A stretch of 64,000 nt of DNA from Marsupella aquatica (GCA_973895155.1 OZ316893.1:2316420-2380419); one strand, 5' to 3'. Numbered from the stretch's first letter, positions 51,101-63,880 are shown. The notes: generated by a model from the sequence alone, not told the origin. A program made the numbers and translations.

Positions 51101-52323
51101 CGATGAGCGAGGGATTCGGATCCATTGTAATTATCAGGAGCATAGCAGCAGCAAATAAGTTCGTTCAGAAGTGCTGCGGAACAGTGAAGTCTGGGGGCTC
51201 GAAAGCATCCAGCTCCTCGTCGTCGTCATCATCATCACCAAAAGCATCAGAACCGGAGTTAAGGTTGTCGAAGTTCCACAAGTTCCCGCGCACGAGGCAT
51301 CTGTTCAACTTTGGATCAGCGACACGAGACGACCTGGTCATGACAAAAGCCGAGGCGGCGGCTTTCTTCAGCAGTTCTACGGTCCGAGACGAGGAAGGCG
51401 AGAAATCGAAGGTGACAGTAACATTCGAGGAGAAGGTGGATGGCGCCAACCTAGGCTTCTCGATCGACCCTGAAACTGGCCATATCACAGCTCAAAACCG
51501 CTCCCATTTCGTCAACTCGAAAAGTCACCCTCAGTTCAAGAAATTGGACTTTTGGATCGAGACCCATCGAGAGGATTTAATGAATCTTCTTTGTCCTCCG
51601 CGTCCACACTGCAAGGTAATATCAATTACGGTCGATCTCAACGAATCAAACATTTGAAAGAAATGTCAGTCAGAGCTTTGAAATTGCAAGAGATGACGAG
51701 TAACATGGCAGTGACATTTTTGGGTATATGGCATTCTCATGTAGGGTGCTACGAGCTCCAGTTTCCAGAAGGCCCTATCCGTTCATCTCGCCAGGAATTA
51801 CATGTGATTAGAGCTGATCGACACATCTTTGAAAGATTTGCTCTCCTCAAATTCTCACGTTTTGTGTTGAGAACAATTTGATTGAAATGTGGATGGCCTT
51901 GTTCAGCAGGATGACAACGGCAAGCAGGGGCCTCTTATTTTGTTTGGCGAGTGGCTTCAGGCGACGCATTCCATCCGATACACAAAACTGCCAGACTATT
52001 TTCTCGCTTTCGATGTGTACGATGTGGCGCAGCGAAAATTCTGGTCGAGGGAGCGATTTTGGGCGGCAACTAAGAGCACTTCGATCCATGCCGTGTCGCA
52101 AATACCGTTTTCGGAGGACATGATCCATGAGGGAGTCTTCAAAGAGCTGATGGGGAGGCAATCTGCGTTCTACGACGGGAGCATTGAGGGAGTTTATGTG
52201 CGGCGGGACATGGGCCAGTTTTTGCTGGATCGGGGTAAGGTCGTGAGGAGTGACTTCATTAGCGGCAATACACACTGGTCAAAGCAATCTGTGGCCTCCG
52301 AGAATGTTGTCAGAAGGTTTTAA
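48114..52323 (+). CDS. Multidomain RNA-repair-like protein: degenerate 2H phosphoesterase, TPR-like region, DSP/PTP phosphatase, P-loop (AAA_33/PNK-like) kinase, ATP-dependent RNA ligase; 4 exons, ~1022 aa
   Basis: Exons 48114-49905, 50418-50712, 51051-51615, 51907(or 51910)-52323; GT-AG and in phase. Motifs: RRNLGLPFKQLHIVL; VHCGGGKGRAG (49575-49607); RPGSIET; Walker A GIPG|SGKST formed across intron 1; IVDRCN; FHKFPRTRHL; EEKVDGAN; FGEW; FDVYD; EGVYVR; GKVVRSDF. Confidence 0.9.
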
Positions 52324-53605
52324 GTCTCGATTTCTCAATAGAGCTTTACCTCTCATCAAAATCGAATCGAAGCTGGGATTCAAAAAGAGACCTCTGGTCC
52401 GCTGAGTATCGATAACAAGCGATTGGATATTGGGTGATGCTTTACATTGAATTCTTACCTCAAAGCTGTTCAGCTTGCGAAGATGCACAATGATAATTGC
52501 GATTCGATACTGGGAACGGAAATCAACTCGTGGCACGAGCTAAGATGTCAATGTATGTGACTCCAACCAACGCTGTCTCTACTTCGAAGGAGCTGTTGAA
52601 ATCATATTTCAGGCGAGAGAGGAAACAATCCCCAGCAAGAATAAGAAGAGACTCTGTAGTACCGAAACAAAGCTTCTTGCATTACTTGAATTCCCAATTA
52701 CAAGGAGATAGATGGATTGGACCAGGGCTGGACATTCACAATGAAAGAGACAGACGATTATATTGGAACCACGTTCTCTTCAGGGGATCAAATCCAGATT
52801 GAACTTCTCCTTCGTTGCTCCTGGCTGGCCTGCACATACCTGCCGCCTTTGCACTGCCTGCAGTGTACATTACGCTATGAGTCCGTCTGGCCAGTGAAGA
52901 GTTCTACAAGACAGCGAGATCCAGTGGGTTGGAACAGGAAGTACGGGAAATTTTGAGTCTGGTTATGAACGGTCACCATTGTCGTTCGAGCGTTAACCGC
53001 CCACCCTGTCCCGGCCCATCAGAAGTAGCACCATGCTTGCCCTTTTCGTACAAGGGATCAGAAGCCTGTTCTCAGAAGTTGATCGAAGAACAGAGAGTCA
53101 GAGACAGTCCGGACCCAATTGACACGCTGCTGGCTTGATTGGGAACATGCTCGTCCATGGATTGGAACTGGATTAGTTCAGATCACCACCCCGACGAACA
53201 TGTTTCCCCGGGTGGAAATCTAGACCTCTACAGGAGCGATAACATGGGAAGCCGGGGTCACGCTGGCTCCAGTAAAGGTCCTGCTCCATCTACTTTGGGC
53301 GTAGCAAATTCAACTGCCAACACGATGTAGATGCAGAGTTTTGGTCCATATCCGGTCTGTTGGCAGATGAAATTGGGTACGGATCTAGACCGAGGTTCTC
53401 GCCATGGAAGAAGATTTGAGCAAATGCACAACAAAGTTGCGGATGGAATAACCATCCGAGAAAAGCGATTGAAACCTAAACAATGACACAAATGACGGTC
53501 TCAGGAGCCGAACGAGTGAAGTATTGAGCACCGCCATCAATTTGCTGGCAATCCGTGATGAAATGATACCGATTTGGTGGCATCGCATGTAACGAATTCG
53601 TTGCA

Positions 53606-53881
53606 ATGCCAACCGGTGATGTGGTGCGACTGATGAATATTTTGGGTATGGGAGCCCGAATTGTTGCAAGGTTCCATTCCCATTGCCCTCAAACGGCCCG
53701 GATGTACTATAAGCCCCCTCTGAGTTCCCCTGCTGCAGCGGAGGAGCCAGAGAGGGGAGTTCTACTGCAGCCGACAACGGATTGCGCTCGTTCGCGTTTG
53801 TCCTGCGTCGCAAAGGGCACGAATGCTCAATCATTTCTGCCGTTCGGAGTTTGCACCAGAGCAAATCGGTTCGACAGATAA
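53606..53881 (+). CDS. Small conserved plant protein of unknown function
   Basis: Contains RIVARFHSHCPQTARMYYKPP, which I recall as the signature of a family of short land-plant proteins (R-I-x-A-R-F-H-S-H-C-P-Q-T-A-R-x-Y-Y-x-P-P). Start codon uncertain (53606 or 53633). Confidence 0.65.
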   Translation: MPTGDVVRLMNILGMGARIVARFHSHCPQTARMYYKPPLSSPAAAEEPERGVLLQPTTDCARSRLSCVAKGTNAQSFLPFGVCTRANRFDR

Positions 53882-56800
53882 CATACGTTCAAAATTATGC
53901 TTTTGCAATAATGAACTACTGTAGAACGAAACACAATTTCATCGTGGATGATGATTCGGCGCTCACAGAACCCTTGGTTTTGCTTGGCTGTCTGGATGTA
54001 GCACAAATCCGTTTTCGTCGTTGAGCCCTCCACCCTCTAGTTATAATTCGGAGGCAGATTGATACCCAACCCAACTCAATTGATCTCAACTCAACCTTGG
54101 ATTGATCAATCCGTCCATACATTGTGCACATTCTTCCTTCTGCTGTTCGTTACAGAGGGTTGGTGAGAGCTGAAGGCACGGTCTGAACATTGCGGAGCGC
54201 ATACCTTCCTTTCTAGTGGAGTGTTTTTCTGGATCGATGAAGTGAGTACTTTGTTCTTTTCATTCTTTGTTCTCCTCAGTTTCCTTCCCTCGATGTACAT
54301 CAGTCGGAGGAGCTCTACGACTAAGTTTCCATACGAATCGAATCAGCAGGTGATACCGCGCAAATCAAATGTCTTAAGTAGTAGTTTCTTCCTAGAATCC
54401 TCTGCATGCATGCGATCCGACGAGTGAATGAAATCAGTAATCGTCCCACCTCAGACGGAGATTTTACCATCACACTGTCTGCACGGAACATAATGATGTG
54501 CTCCATCGAGGCAAATGTAAGTCTCCAATCTAACTGTAGTTGTAGTTGTCGTTGATGAATGAATGAGAATCAGCGATGAAGCCATAACACCAAACTCGAA
54601 CATGAACCAGTGTTTCTCAACGTAGTCAATTTCGTGGCGTATGATTGCAAGTCACCTTAATCAACCACCATGCACCCTGTCTAACTTCGACATCTGCCAT
54701 AAGCAGAAATTGTCTTTTTGCTCCATAATCATATCTGAATCAGGTTTCCAATGGAATCCAATTATTGAACGTAATGGACGCATAGGCAACGAACCCTGCC
54801 TACCTCTTGCAGTAGGGCATTACCCACTACTATCCAAGGTTTTCTAGACTCAATGGCGCTGTGAGCTATTTCGATGAGCATATCAAAGCAGCAATTGAGC
54901 CTGTAACACGTCATGAGCCGTAATCAGAATCAATTTCGCAATAGAGAATCGCGTCCGATCACAAGCCATCGTCAAATCAAAGATAGATTTTCAACAGACA
55001 CCTCCATACCCAGTCTAGTCATGAGCAATCATCATTGAAGATCAATTTCTGAGCAGACAGTTGCACAGCCTATGAAGAGAAATCTACGTCCCCAAACCGG
55101 TAATCCCGTAGGAACAGGTAGCACTGGGAACCTCGCCGCCACCAACATTATCTAGGCTGCCTCTGGTCCAGTATACCTGGAATGCTGGTATATCTGGTTC
55201 GACTTGGGTGCTTCACAGGCGGTGGCGAGGTTCGGCTACGGCTTACATGCCATTTCCTTTCCTTGGTAGGCAAATTTTTCCATTCTGCTGAGCAGAGATG
55301 AGAGCATTGTTTTGGTCATACCTTCCTAGCAACTTGTTGGATTTGTTTCAATAACGTGAAAGGACTATTTTCGTGCTATGTGATTGGGGTCAGGAAATTT
55401 GATCCCACCGAAACCCACTCAGTTCAATTGGGATTTTTCCCAAGCTATCTCCTAGGATGGATTGTACAGAGAACCGGAGTTGCTGACTTCTTTCCCCGAG
55501 TACAACATCGAGCAATGTACCTTGTTCTTCTGTGAACGAACAATGGACATTCCGTCTTCACTCCGATTTTCAATGTTTGTGTGTTGTCTGAACTAAGCTG
55601 GAAGAGCAGTATGAAAGGCAAGCGTATCAGTTTCTGGAGAAACCTGAGTTGGAAACTCATTTAGTGCGGATGAGGCGTTGTTTTCTAAAGTGACTGAAGG
55701 TCGTGAAGTATTGCCATTCAATAGTCCTGAAAGCAACTTGTGCATTCTTGTAATGGATAAACTTGGCAATGTTACTAAAGCCTTGTAATCGGTCTGTTGG
55801 TACGGTGACATGTCCACTAAAAACAGATCAACATGGTTTTTTCACAGTACATAAGCTCACACATACAACTGCTGTCACCCAGATTCGGGGAAAATTTGCG
55901 TATGCGTGCAATTGGGTTTCGCGTACATAATGCGTGCGTACCTTCTTACTTGGCGACATCGCTCGATCTAGAAGGGGATCTGTCTGCCCAGTGTGAGAAT
56001 GTTTGACGGCTTGAGGATGGCTGGAACAATGCTGCGTCCCACAAATCTCTGATCGAATGCATCTGTGGCATCCGTTCCAGCCATCCACATGTCTTCAACA
56101 CTTCTCTCGTTTCGTAGCTCCGGAATTCATGACCACAACAATGTCAGCTCTGAAAATGTTCCCTTCTCGCGCGATGTGAAGTTCCCCATCAGCCCAGAAA
56201 TATCAGTACATTCGTAGAAGATCACCAGCATTTGTTAAATACTGGGCTGTGAAAGTCTTCAGCAGGGGGTACAACCCTGCATGTCAACAGACTGAGCAAT
56301 AGTGTCGCCATAATTGTGAATGACAACATTTCCCTCAATTAGCATGTATAACTATGACTTGTTCTGTCTCGAAAGCAATTTTATTTTGTTAATAAAAGCG
56401 CAGAACGATATCTAATCGTTGTGAACTTTAGGCATCGTACGGAAGCTATGGTGGATCATGTCCTTAAACACTCAACATATGACGCTACCGAAAATTGTGA
56501 ATGTCAACATTTCCCACCTCATTTCCCACCTCATTTCCCACAGCATGTAGAACGATATCTAGCCCGTGTAAACTCTAAAACCCCAGTGTGAACTAGAGGG
56601 CCCCACAGAAGTGCACTAAAAACACCTTCCGGACTTCTCGCCTGGAATTGCGGCTCTCCTCTAAGATTCATGGCTCTAATCGTAGATGCATTCGGTCATC
56701 CTGGAAAGTGTTTTCTCCCGGAAAAAGCGTCATTGTTCGGAGTATTCTTTTCAGTCCCCCATTGATCTCCTCTTAACCACGATTTGGCGAATGTGCTGTG

Positions 56801-57230
56801 AGAGAGCAACATCTCTTTATGTTTCCAGCACTTCACTGGCAGCGAGCAATTCTGAGCTCTGGATTCTGAGACTGAGAACGTGTTGTAGCGCTTCGTGAAA
56901 CGCTTGTTCGACGAGTGACTAATTCGTGGAGAAATCGGCATAAATTCTCCAAAGGTGAAGTCTCTCTGGGAAAGGACCCTTTACCTCCCTTAATCGCCTT
57001 CTTTCAATTTGGATACTCCTCTGTCTCGGGGCAGCACGTCCTTTGCCCACACCCCACTTGAATTTATGTACAATCGGGTTGTACAATACTCGAACTTCTG
57101 GGGGTAGCAGATTATACACCATTCCCTTCACTCTCTGACATTCAATCCCAGTTGGTAGCGGATTATTAGGCTTAAGGAGTTTTCTGCAAGGAGAATCTTG
57201 AAAGCAGGTAGTCAGAATTAACATAGTCAG

Positions 57231-58747
57231 ATGCTGGGAGCGGGGCTGGGAGGTGGCGAGGGGCAAACGGAGGAGAAGCTCAGGGTGAGCGAGAGCGAAA
57301 GGGAGGAGGAGGGGGTAGTGAATGCGAAGAGGAGACAAGCAGCGCTGCAGAAGTATGTAGCTCTTCGAGATCAATTTTTCCCCGAAGTGCCGGAGATTTC
57401 TGGTGAGGAGTTGCTGCAGCTTGTGGAGCAGGGTGCCATTGGAAAGTCGAAGGTTCTGGTGGATTGTCGTTCGGATGCGGAGCGCAAGGTCAGGCCCGCT
57501 CTTTCCTCCTTGTCCTGGACTCACTGAATTTGTCTTTGGATGTGTTGTGTCCATAACAAATTGGATCTGCCTACCAAGGATCCAATTTCCTTTCCATACG
57601 AGGTGAAGAGAACTCAGACAAGCCCGTATACAAGTGATAACAGCATTCCTCAGACCTAGAACACAAGAGTAATCCCGGTTGTATTCTAAATGTGTAGATG
57701 AGAAAGTGAAATTTTGGTCCCAAATTCTAGTCTAAACTAGTTGCTAATTACCTCAGAATAAATCGTTCAATGGACGTACTCCTGTAAAACTCCTGCGAGG
57801 ACTCGACTCTGTCTGACTGTCCTCATGAAATCGGCATTACTCTCCAATAATATACCCATTTGCGGATCTTCATCTAAATTCAGAATTCCATACATTTTAT
57901 TACGTCCGTTAGTCAGCTCTCGACAGCAGGTGCACAATCTCTTCCGCAATATTTTCAAACCTTTGAACCGTGCTGCCCTCTTGTTGGATACACAAAATTA
58001 TCTTTGACTTCACCGCACTCCTGCAAACGTGCTGCAATTGGTTTTTTTCTTCAAAGCCTTTAGGCTATATTATTCTGATAGATACTAAAGATGGAGGCCA
58101 GATTTTAGAACCATGTGTTGAAACAGAAGTGACCATGTATGAGTGCTCAATGTGGTTATTTGGGCGTTGCATTGCTCTGTAGGTCTCTATTTACAAAGGT
58201 GCAATATCCAAGGCAGAATTCGAGGCAAATGCTGACAAGTACAAGAACAAGGAGATCATTGTTTACTGGTAAAGCCTACTCACGCCCATTTGAGTGGCCC
58301 GTTGTCATTTATTGGTTGTCATTTCCCTTTTATAACGGGAATCGAAAACCAGCATATCGGAGTGAATGAAGTGCTGAATATGGTCATCCAATGTGTACTC
58401 GTGGTCACCTTGTACTAGATTTTCAGTGTGGTCCTAATTAGCTTTATCAAAATTTCTTGCTCCAGCTTACCCTCAAAATCGATAGGCTCTGATAATGTTT
58501 TTGTTTTCTTGTAACCAAATACAGTGCCATCGGCAGGCGGTCAGGACTATTTGCCAAGGACCTACTGGTGAAGTTTCCAGACATCAAGGTGCGCAATCAT
58601 GCAGGCAGTGTTGTGGACTGGACCCATGTAGGCGGGCCATTTGTGGATGAGACCACTGGTGCTTCCACTCTCCAAGTAGATCCCAACACTACTTGGAATC
58701 CTTATCTTCCAATCGGCAAGGGCCTTCAAGTCTCTGGTGCCCGCTGA
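57231..58747 (+). CDS. Single-domain rhodanese/sulfurtransferase-like protein, 3 exons, ~188 aa
   Basis: Exons 57231-57488, 58183-58268, 58525-58747 are in phase (567 nt). They give LVDCRSDAERK|VSIYKGAI...IIVYC|AIGRRSG...RNHAGSVVDW, with the CxxGxR active-site loop split by intron 2. The ORF track does not show exons 2-3. Confidence 0.88.
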
Positions 58748-59594
58748 ATCACTCGAGCGGTGATTTAATTTTTTTATTTTTCCGGGGCTTACAACTGGTT
58801 CTTGGTGAAGTTTCTCCACGTCTGTAAATAAACTTCTGATTCATCACAGTAGTGCTTCCCAGTGAGGTCTGTTCCAACTATTCATCCTTTCATTACAAGA
58901 ATGTTATGCCCCGGTTTTCAGCAGTGGAAGGAGATGGAACCGTTACTGATCTCGAGCGAGATTGCTGATTCTTGCAGTTTGGTTTGTTATCCTTCATCCC
59001 CTCGCTCGCTCGCCTGCGCTTGCTGGTGTGGTGGCAATGAGCATCTACGATGATGCCAGGCGCGTGGGCCTTGTCTAACGTTCTGGTCAGAATTAGGTAG
59101 CCCAAATCTTCTCGAAATGGCATCTTTCTCTTCTGGAAACCTGCCCTTCAGGTAGCGAGTAGTTAATTGGGGGCATTCAAAGACGAATTGTGTGAATCTA
59201 AGAACATTGACCAGTCACTGTAAAGGGCTGAAGAGATATCTAGGGGTGCTTTTATTGTGCTCACTGAGGCATCATTATCATTGAGCTCTTACAAATCAAA
59301 TGTGCTTAACAAACATGCTCATGGCTTGATGATGGTCAAGACTGGGCCATCTCCATCTCCAAGGATCAGTTATTATCATGTGTAGCAAAAAGCAAAATAT
59401 CAATGTTGCTGATGTGTCCTCAACATGCTTTAACTCAATAACAGGACGGGATCTTCTGCAGAATAGTCAATCTTTATACTATAGGAAGTTACACGTATTG
59501 AAGAACCTGGTCTGAACCACTACGCGTCATCAGTCAGTAGCTCGCAGGGGAAAAGCAAATACGAATTCATGCACAGGACGGTAGCTTTTATGTC

Positions 59595-60340
59595 GTGAGA
59601 GGAACCAGCGTTACTCACCTGGAGGATTTCCAAAATATCTTCGTGCTAGACCTGGCTGGACAGATGCAATGGAAGCAGTGTGCGAGTATGCTAGAGCCCA
59701 GAAAAAACTTTGCGGGTGTGGCGTCATGGATGGGAAGATTTATGTGTTCGGTGGTGCTTCTGCTGATGATAATCGTATTCGTAGATCAGAGGTGTATGAT
59801 CCCAAGGTGAACGCCTGGCTCCCTATTAGGCCCATGAAATACTTTGCGGAAATTACAGATAGAATTACAACAAGGGTGACGAGCTATTTGTGGCATGTCA
59901 GCTTGGATGGGGACCCTCATGGCAAGTTTATCATCCACTCGAGGATGAGTGGAGACTGATGGAAAAAGTCAGGATGTTTCCTGCATTTCTCAGCCAGCTT
60001 GAAAAAATATTCATGCAACAAGAAAAGTCATTTTCAATTAGTTCACACAACCTTCACGCTTACGATGCAGAACAGATGGAATGGAAATATAGATGTTCAA
60101 CATCATGTGATGAACTTGGGCCAATGGACTCTGTCACGTTTAATCAAGTAATCATTTTGCTTGTGGATAACGAGGTGTTAGTAATGGCAGAACGGGAGAG
60201 GACAGACACTGAAACGGAAGGCTACTGTCTCCTCCAAACGAGCAGATTCAGTGACAGTGGAGAGGTTGTGTGATCACAAGTACCGGACTCCTTCACGTCG
60301 TCTGATTTCCACGGTTTGATGTATCTGGCTCAGCTGTGAA
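59595..60340 (+). pseudogene. Kelch-repeat (F-box/kelch family) pseudogene
   Basis: QWKQCASMLEPRKNF / CGVMDGKIYVFGG / SEVYDPKVNAW / QVYHPLEDEWRL are spread over three frames. Similar to 6210-7700. Confidence 0.8.
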
Positions 60341-63147
60341 CAAAGATATGGAGCCAAATGTACAAGTCTCTGGCGATTCGGGACATATATTGCCTGCCCC
60401 CTGGTTACAATGGTTTCTCGTTCTGTAAATTAAGAGCAGGTGATGTGACACTAGGGAAATGAAGTGATCCCAGCGAGGGACTTATGGACAACGTTTTGCT
60501 TCGTTTATTCTGATATATATTGTAAAGCGTGTTTTCTTTACTTTCAGTACAAATAGTAGCAGAGAGCATTGTCGAGTGGTCTTGAACGGTTTGATTGAGT
60601 AGTGTCCTATGCTCATCCACAACATTAAAAAAAAGGAAGTCAACTCTATGTTTTTATAACTGCCTAAGTATGTTCACACATTAGAAGGTTTTGGCTCGAT
60701 CCAGCCTTCGATGATATGAAGGGCTCTTCAATTGAATGCTACCGAGTGCCAGTACTAGTAGAATATTCTCCTGTGAGCTTGCTTACGACAACTTAGCCAC
60801 ATCCCACGCTTTAAGATAGATTAGAAGCAAGAGTTTCAGATGTAAGAATTGCATAGGAAGATTAGAGTTTATTTACTGCAATGAGTTTTAGAGAATTATG
60901 TCCACCTTTGCATTTGTCATGTCAAATGATTAATCTACTCACCTCCGCTTGCAACGCTTAGCGTGAACTTCTCTAAATCCTGGTCTGTAATATGATCTAT
61001 TTGTGACGAGGGCGATCTAAAAGTGTATATTGGGATGTGAGCTATGTTATCACAATTGGTTGAATAGTCAAAGTTCTTACGTCATTTTCTACTACTAAGA
61101 ATGTAAGTAATAGGGAAAGTTCTCGTGATGATACCGTAAGAACCCCAAGGCTTTCTTGATTGCTTCAAATCAGAGAATTAAGATTTAAGACGAGGATTGT
61201 TGAAAAGCCAATGTTGTTTTCATTTCTCGTTAGACACGAAGGATAGTGTTTCGCCTAACCTTCAATTCGGACTGTCTATATCGATTGCTCTTAGCTTTTC
61301 TTCTACTTATCCTCTTTTTCACCTTCGTGAAATGATACATAATCATGATATGAGGATGATTCTTCACCCATCTCTAACTCCTCCCGAATTTGGTATCGAA
61401 ATGGAGGGTTTCCTTTGTATAGAGGATTGTAAGTTTTGATCGAATCATATCATTTGAAGTTTTCCAATTTCTATTCGTAACGTGGCTAATTACTTCAAAC
61501 TGGCAACTTCAATCCTATCTGTGAAATCCGCTCATAGCCTAGATGCCTTAGCCATGACAGGTACTCAGAAAATATGTACGTGTTGTCGATTTAGCAATGG
61601 GTTTCAGATTCTCTATATAGCAAGAAACGTCTCATTGTGAACCTGTGAATGCTTCTTGACTACCAAACTGAAACATCGTCATGGTCTGTCAATTTGATGT
61701 ATTTGCAATTGAATCCCCCATAATAATGATGGTGGAGCTCTCTTGATTGATTGTTTTACGTTCCACCCCAACTCAATGGATCGCATGTGGATCTTTAGGG
61801 TTTTCAAAGAAAATGCTTTAGACTAGATTCTGCCAGAGATTGAAAGAGACAAGTCTCTTGCTATACCTTTCATTTTCACCTTCTAAGGATCCATCAGCCG
61901 TGTTATCATAAAAGTTTTCTGTCTTGCAAATCTCGTAAGCTTTTCTTCTTGGCGACTTCATTCGAACCCACAATATTGTTTTCAAAGTATTTGTGACATT
62001 GTTAGCTTGTAGTCACATCCAATTCATCGTGAATGTTTGGAGAAATTTGTACTGAAGCCCATACTGAAGATTGGGATCCATCATTGTTCCCAGTTGTTTT
62101 ACAAGAACTTATTGAGATCTTGGAGTTGTGCCAGAACGATCAACGTTCATACAGTTTGAATTCCCACCATTTTTGTCGTGAGAATAGCTATCAAGCAGAG
62201 AATGAAATTGAAAGTTTGCGGTGAAATTGTTCCATTATAGAGATTCATTTATCACCTGTACTATTGAGTCTAATTTTAGCTGTATGAGCTTTGAAATGCA
62301 ACTGCTCAAAGCTCAGTTTAGTTCACTCAGTACATTATGTTAAATCTGTTCATTAGATAGCCTGATTCAAACTCGAAAAGCCGTGTGAACCCAATTTGTG
62401 GTCTTGTATATCTGCTTTCCAAGGAGATCTGTACTGATCTCAATATGTAGAGAGTCTACTGGAGTCTACTGGCTGACTCTCTGTACTTTGCGACTCACTC
62501 AATTTGGTTGCCAATCTGGTCTCTTTGTTCTCAATTGTCACGTACATGCAATTGTTGGACGCTTTAGCAAGTGTGTCTGCTTTCTCTGAATTTGCTGGAG
62601 GAAATTGGCAGTCAGCAGAACTCAGTAGGCATTGACATTCAAGGATTGCATTCAGCAATGGCCTGAAGGCAATTTTGCATTGAAGAAAAATGGCATTGCG
62701 AACCCTGGGTCTCCTTCAATGCTCCATGCTTGCTACCATCGAGCCTGGCTCTTAGTACTGAAACGCTTAGAAGAAAAGCTACATCAAGATTTCACAGATT
62801 GCTGAATCCAAAAATGCTATTGATCTTCCATTGTAGCAGCGCAATCCAGTTGATACCTGAAGTATGTTGTGCGACGATATCTAATCGGAGGACTTGCATC
62901 ACACAAATAATGGAGAGAGGCAGATGACTTTCAGTTGATTGAAAGACCTCCTCTCTGGTGCTCCATATTGACCACTTGTCAAGTCTCTTGCCGCGAGCAA
63001 TTCATGCCGATTATTTCTTTTTGAGAGGCGATTTCTGGATCATCAAAAGGAAAGTGCTATTCTATTCCAGGGTTTCTCTCATGAAGTTGGAAATGCAGAC
63101 ATCGTCGTCGTAAGATCAGACAGATAACTTTAGTCTTCAACTAAGAA

Positions 63148-63880
63148 ATGCCTGGGAATCCTATCAAGCTTGAACCATGGGATACCAACTCCCAAAAAGA
63201 GGAGGGTTTCCCTCAAGTTTCCGGCGCGAGCGTTGGATCTTGGGGCCGCTCGGGGTCACCCGTGGACTCCACAGGACAGACTCGGCCGACTACAGGGCTT
63301 TGTGGGCTGGAATGTGATGACCCTCCATCGCCACGCAATGTCAGCCCCAATCTTCGACAACGCTTTGTACTGGCTAATCGCGACAAGGAGTCGTTGTTGG
63401 AGGAGATAATAGATTTGAAACGGGCGCTCTCTGACCAAGCTTACCACCTCAAACTCCATAAAGTCCACTACTCGGCTGTACAACTGGAAAACAGGTTGGA
63501 GTTGTCTTTCCACAACATTTAGTAATTCAACAAAATAGTCGCTTGCTTACCACGACTTTGCAAAATATTTAAATGTAAGTTCTCCTCAAGTCTTGCTTTC
63601 CATCACATCGGCAATGGGCCCAGGTCAATTAGCAGCATGATAAGTTCCGCGTTCTCTCTCCAATGCGCATTGGAATGAAGGCAGTGCATACAGTAGTTTT
63701 GAACTATGCAATCGAGAAACATTATCTAAGCCATGACTCTTTGTTTTCTATAGAAAATTGGAGAAAGATGTTGAGGATCTCGAGGTTTCTGGAAATCTTG
63801 AAGCTCCTCGCACGGGTGGTCCATCCCGGCTCCGCGCCAAACTCCAAGGCTTGAATCTATCCTATTCTCTTAGAAGCTAA
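63148..63880 (+). CDS. Putative coiled-coil protein, first exons; may be incomplete
   Basis: Exon 63148-63494 joins 63754 onward in phase: ...RDKESLLEEIIDLKRALSDQ...QLENR|KLEKDVEDLE, with a heptad pattern. 3' end unresolved. Confidence 0.5.

Noticed and set aside
56040-56095. Minus-strand MAGTDATDAFD resembling cytochrome b5
   Set aside because: No HPGG motif or second heme His, and flanked by stops.
56919-57554. 211-aa minus-strand ORF
   Set aside because: Antisense to rhodanese exon 1 and its upstream region; no motifs.
57231-58747. Functional clustering of the rhodanese with the RNA-repair gene as a tRNA-related 'operon'
   Set aside because: Proximity alone (5 kb, other sequences between) is not evidence in a eukaryotic genome; it would need conserved synteny or co-expression.
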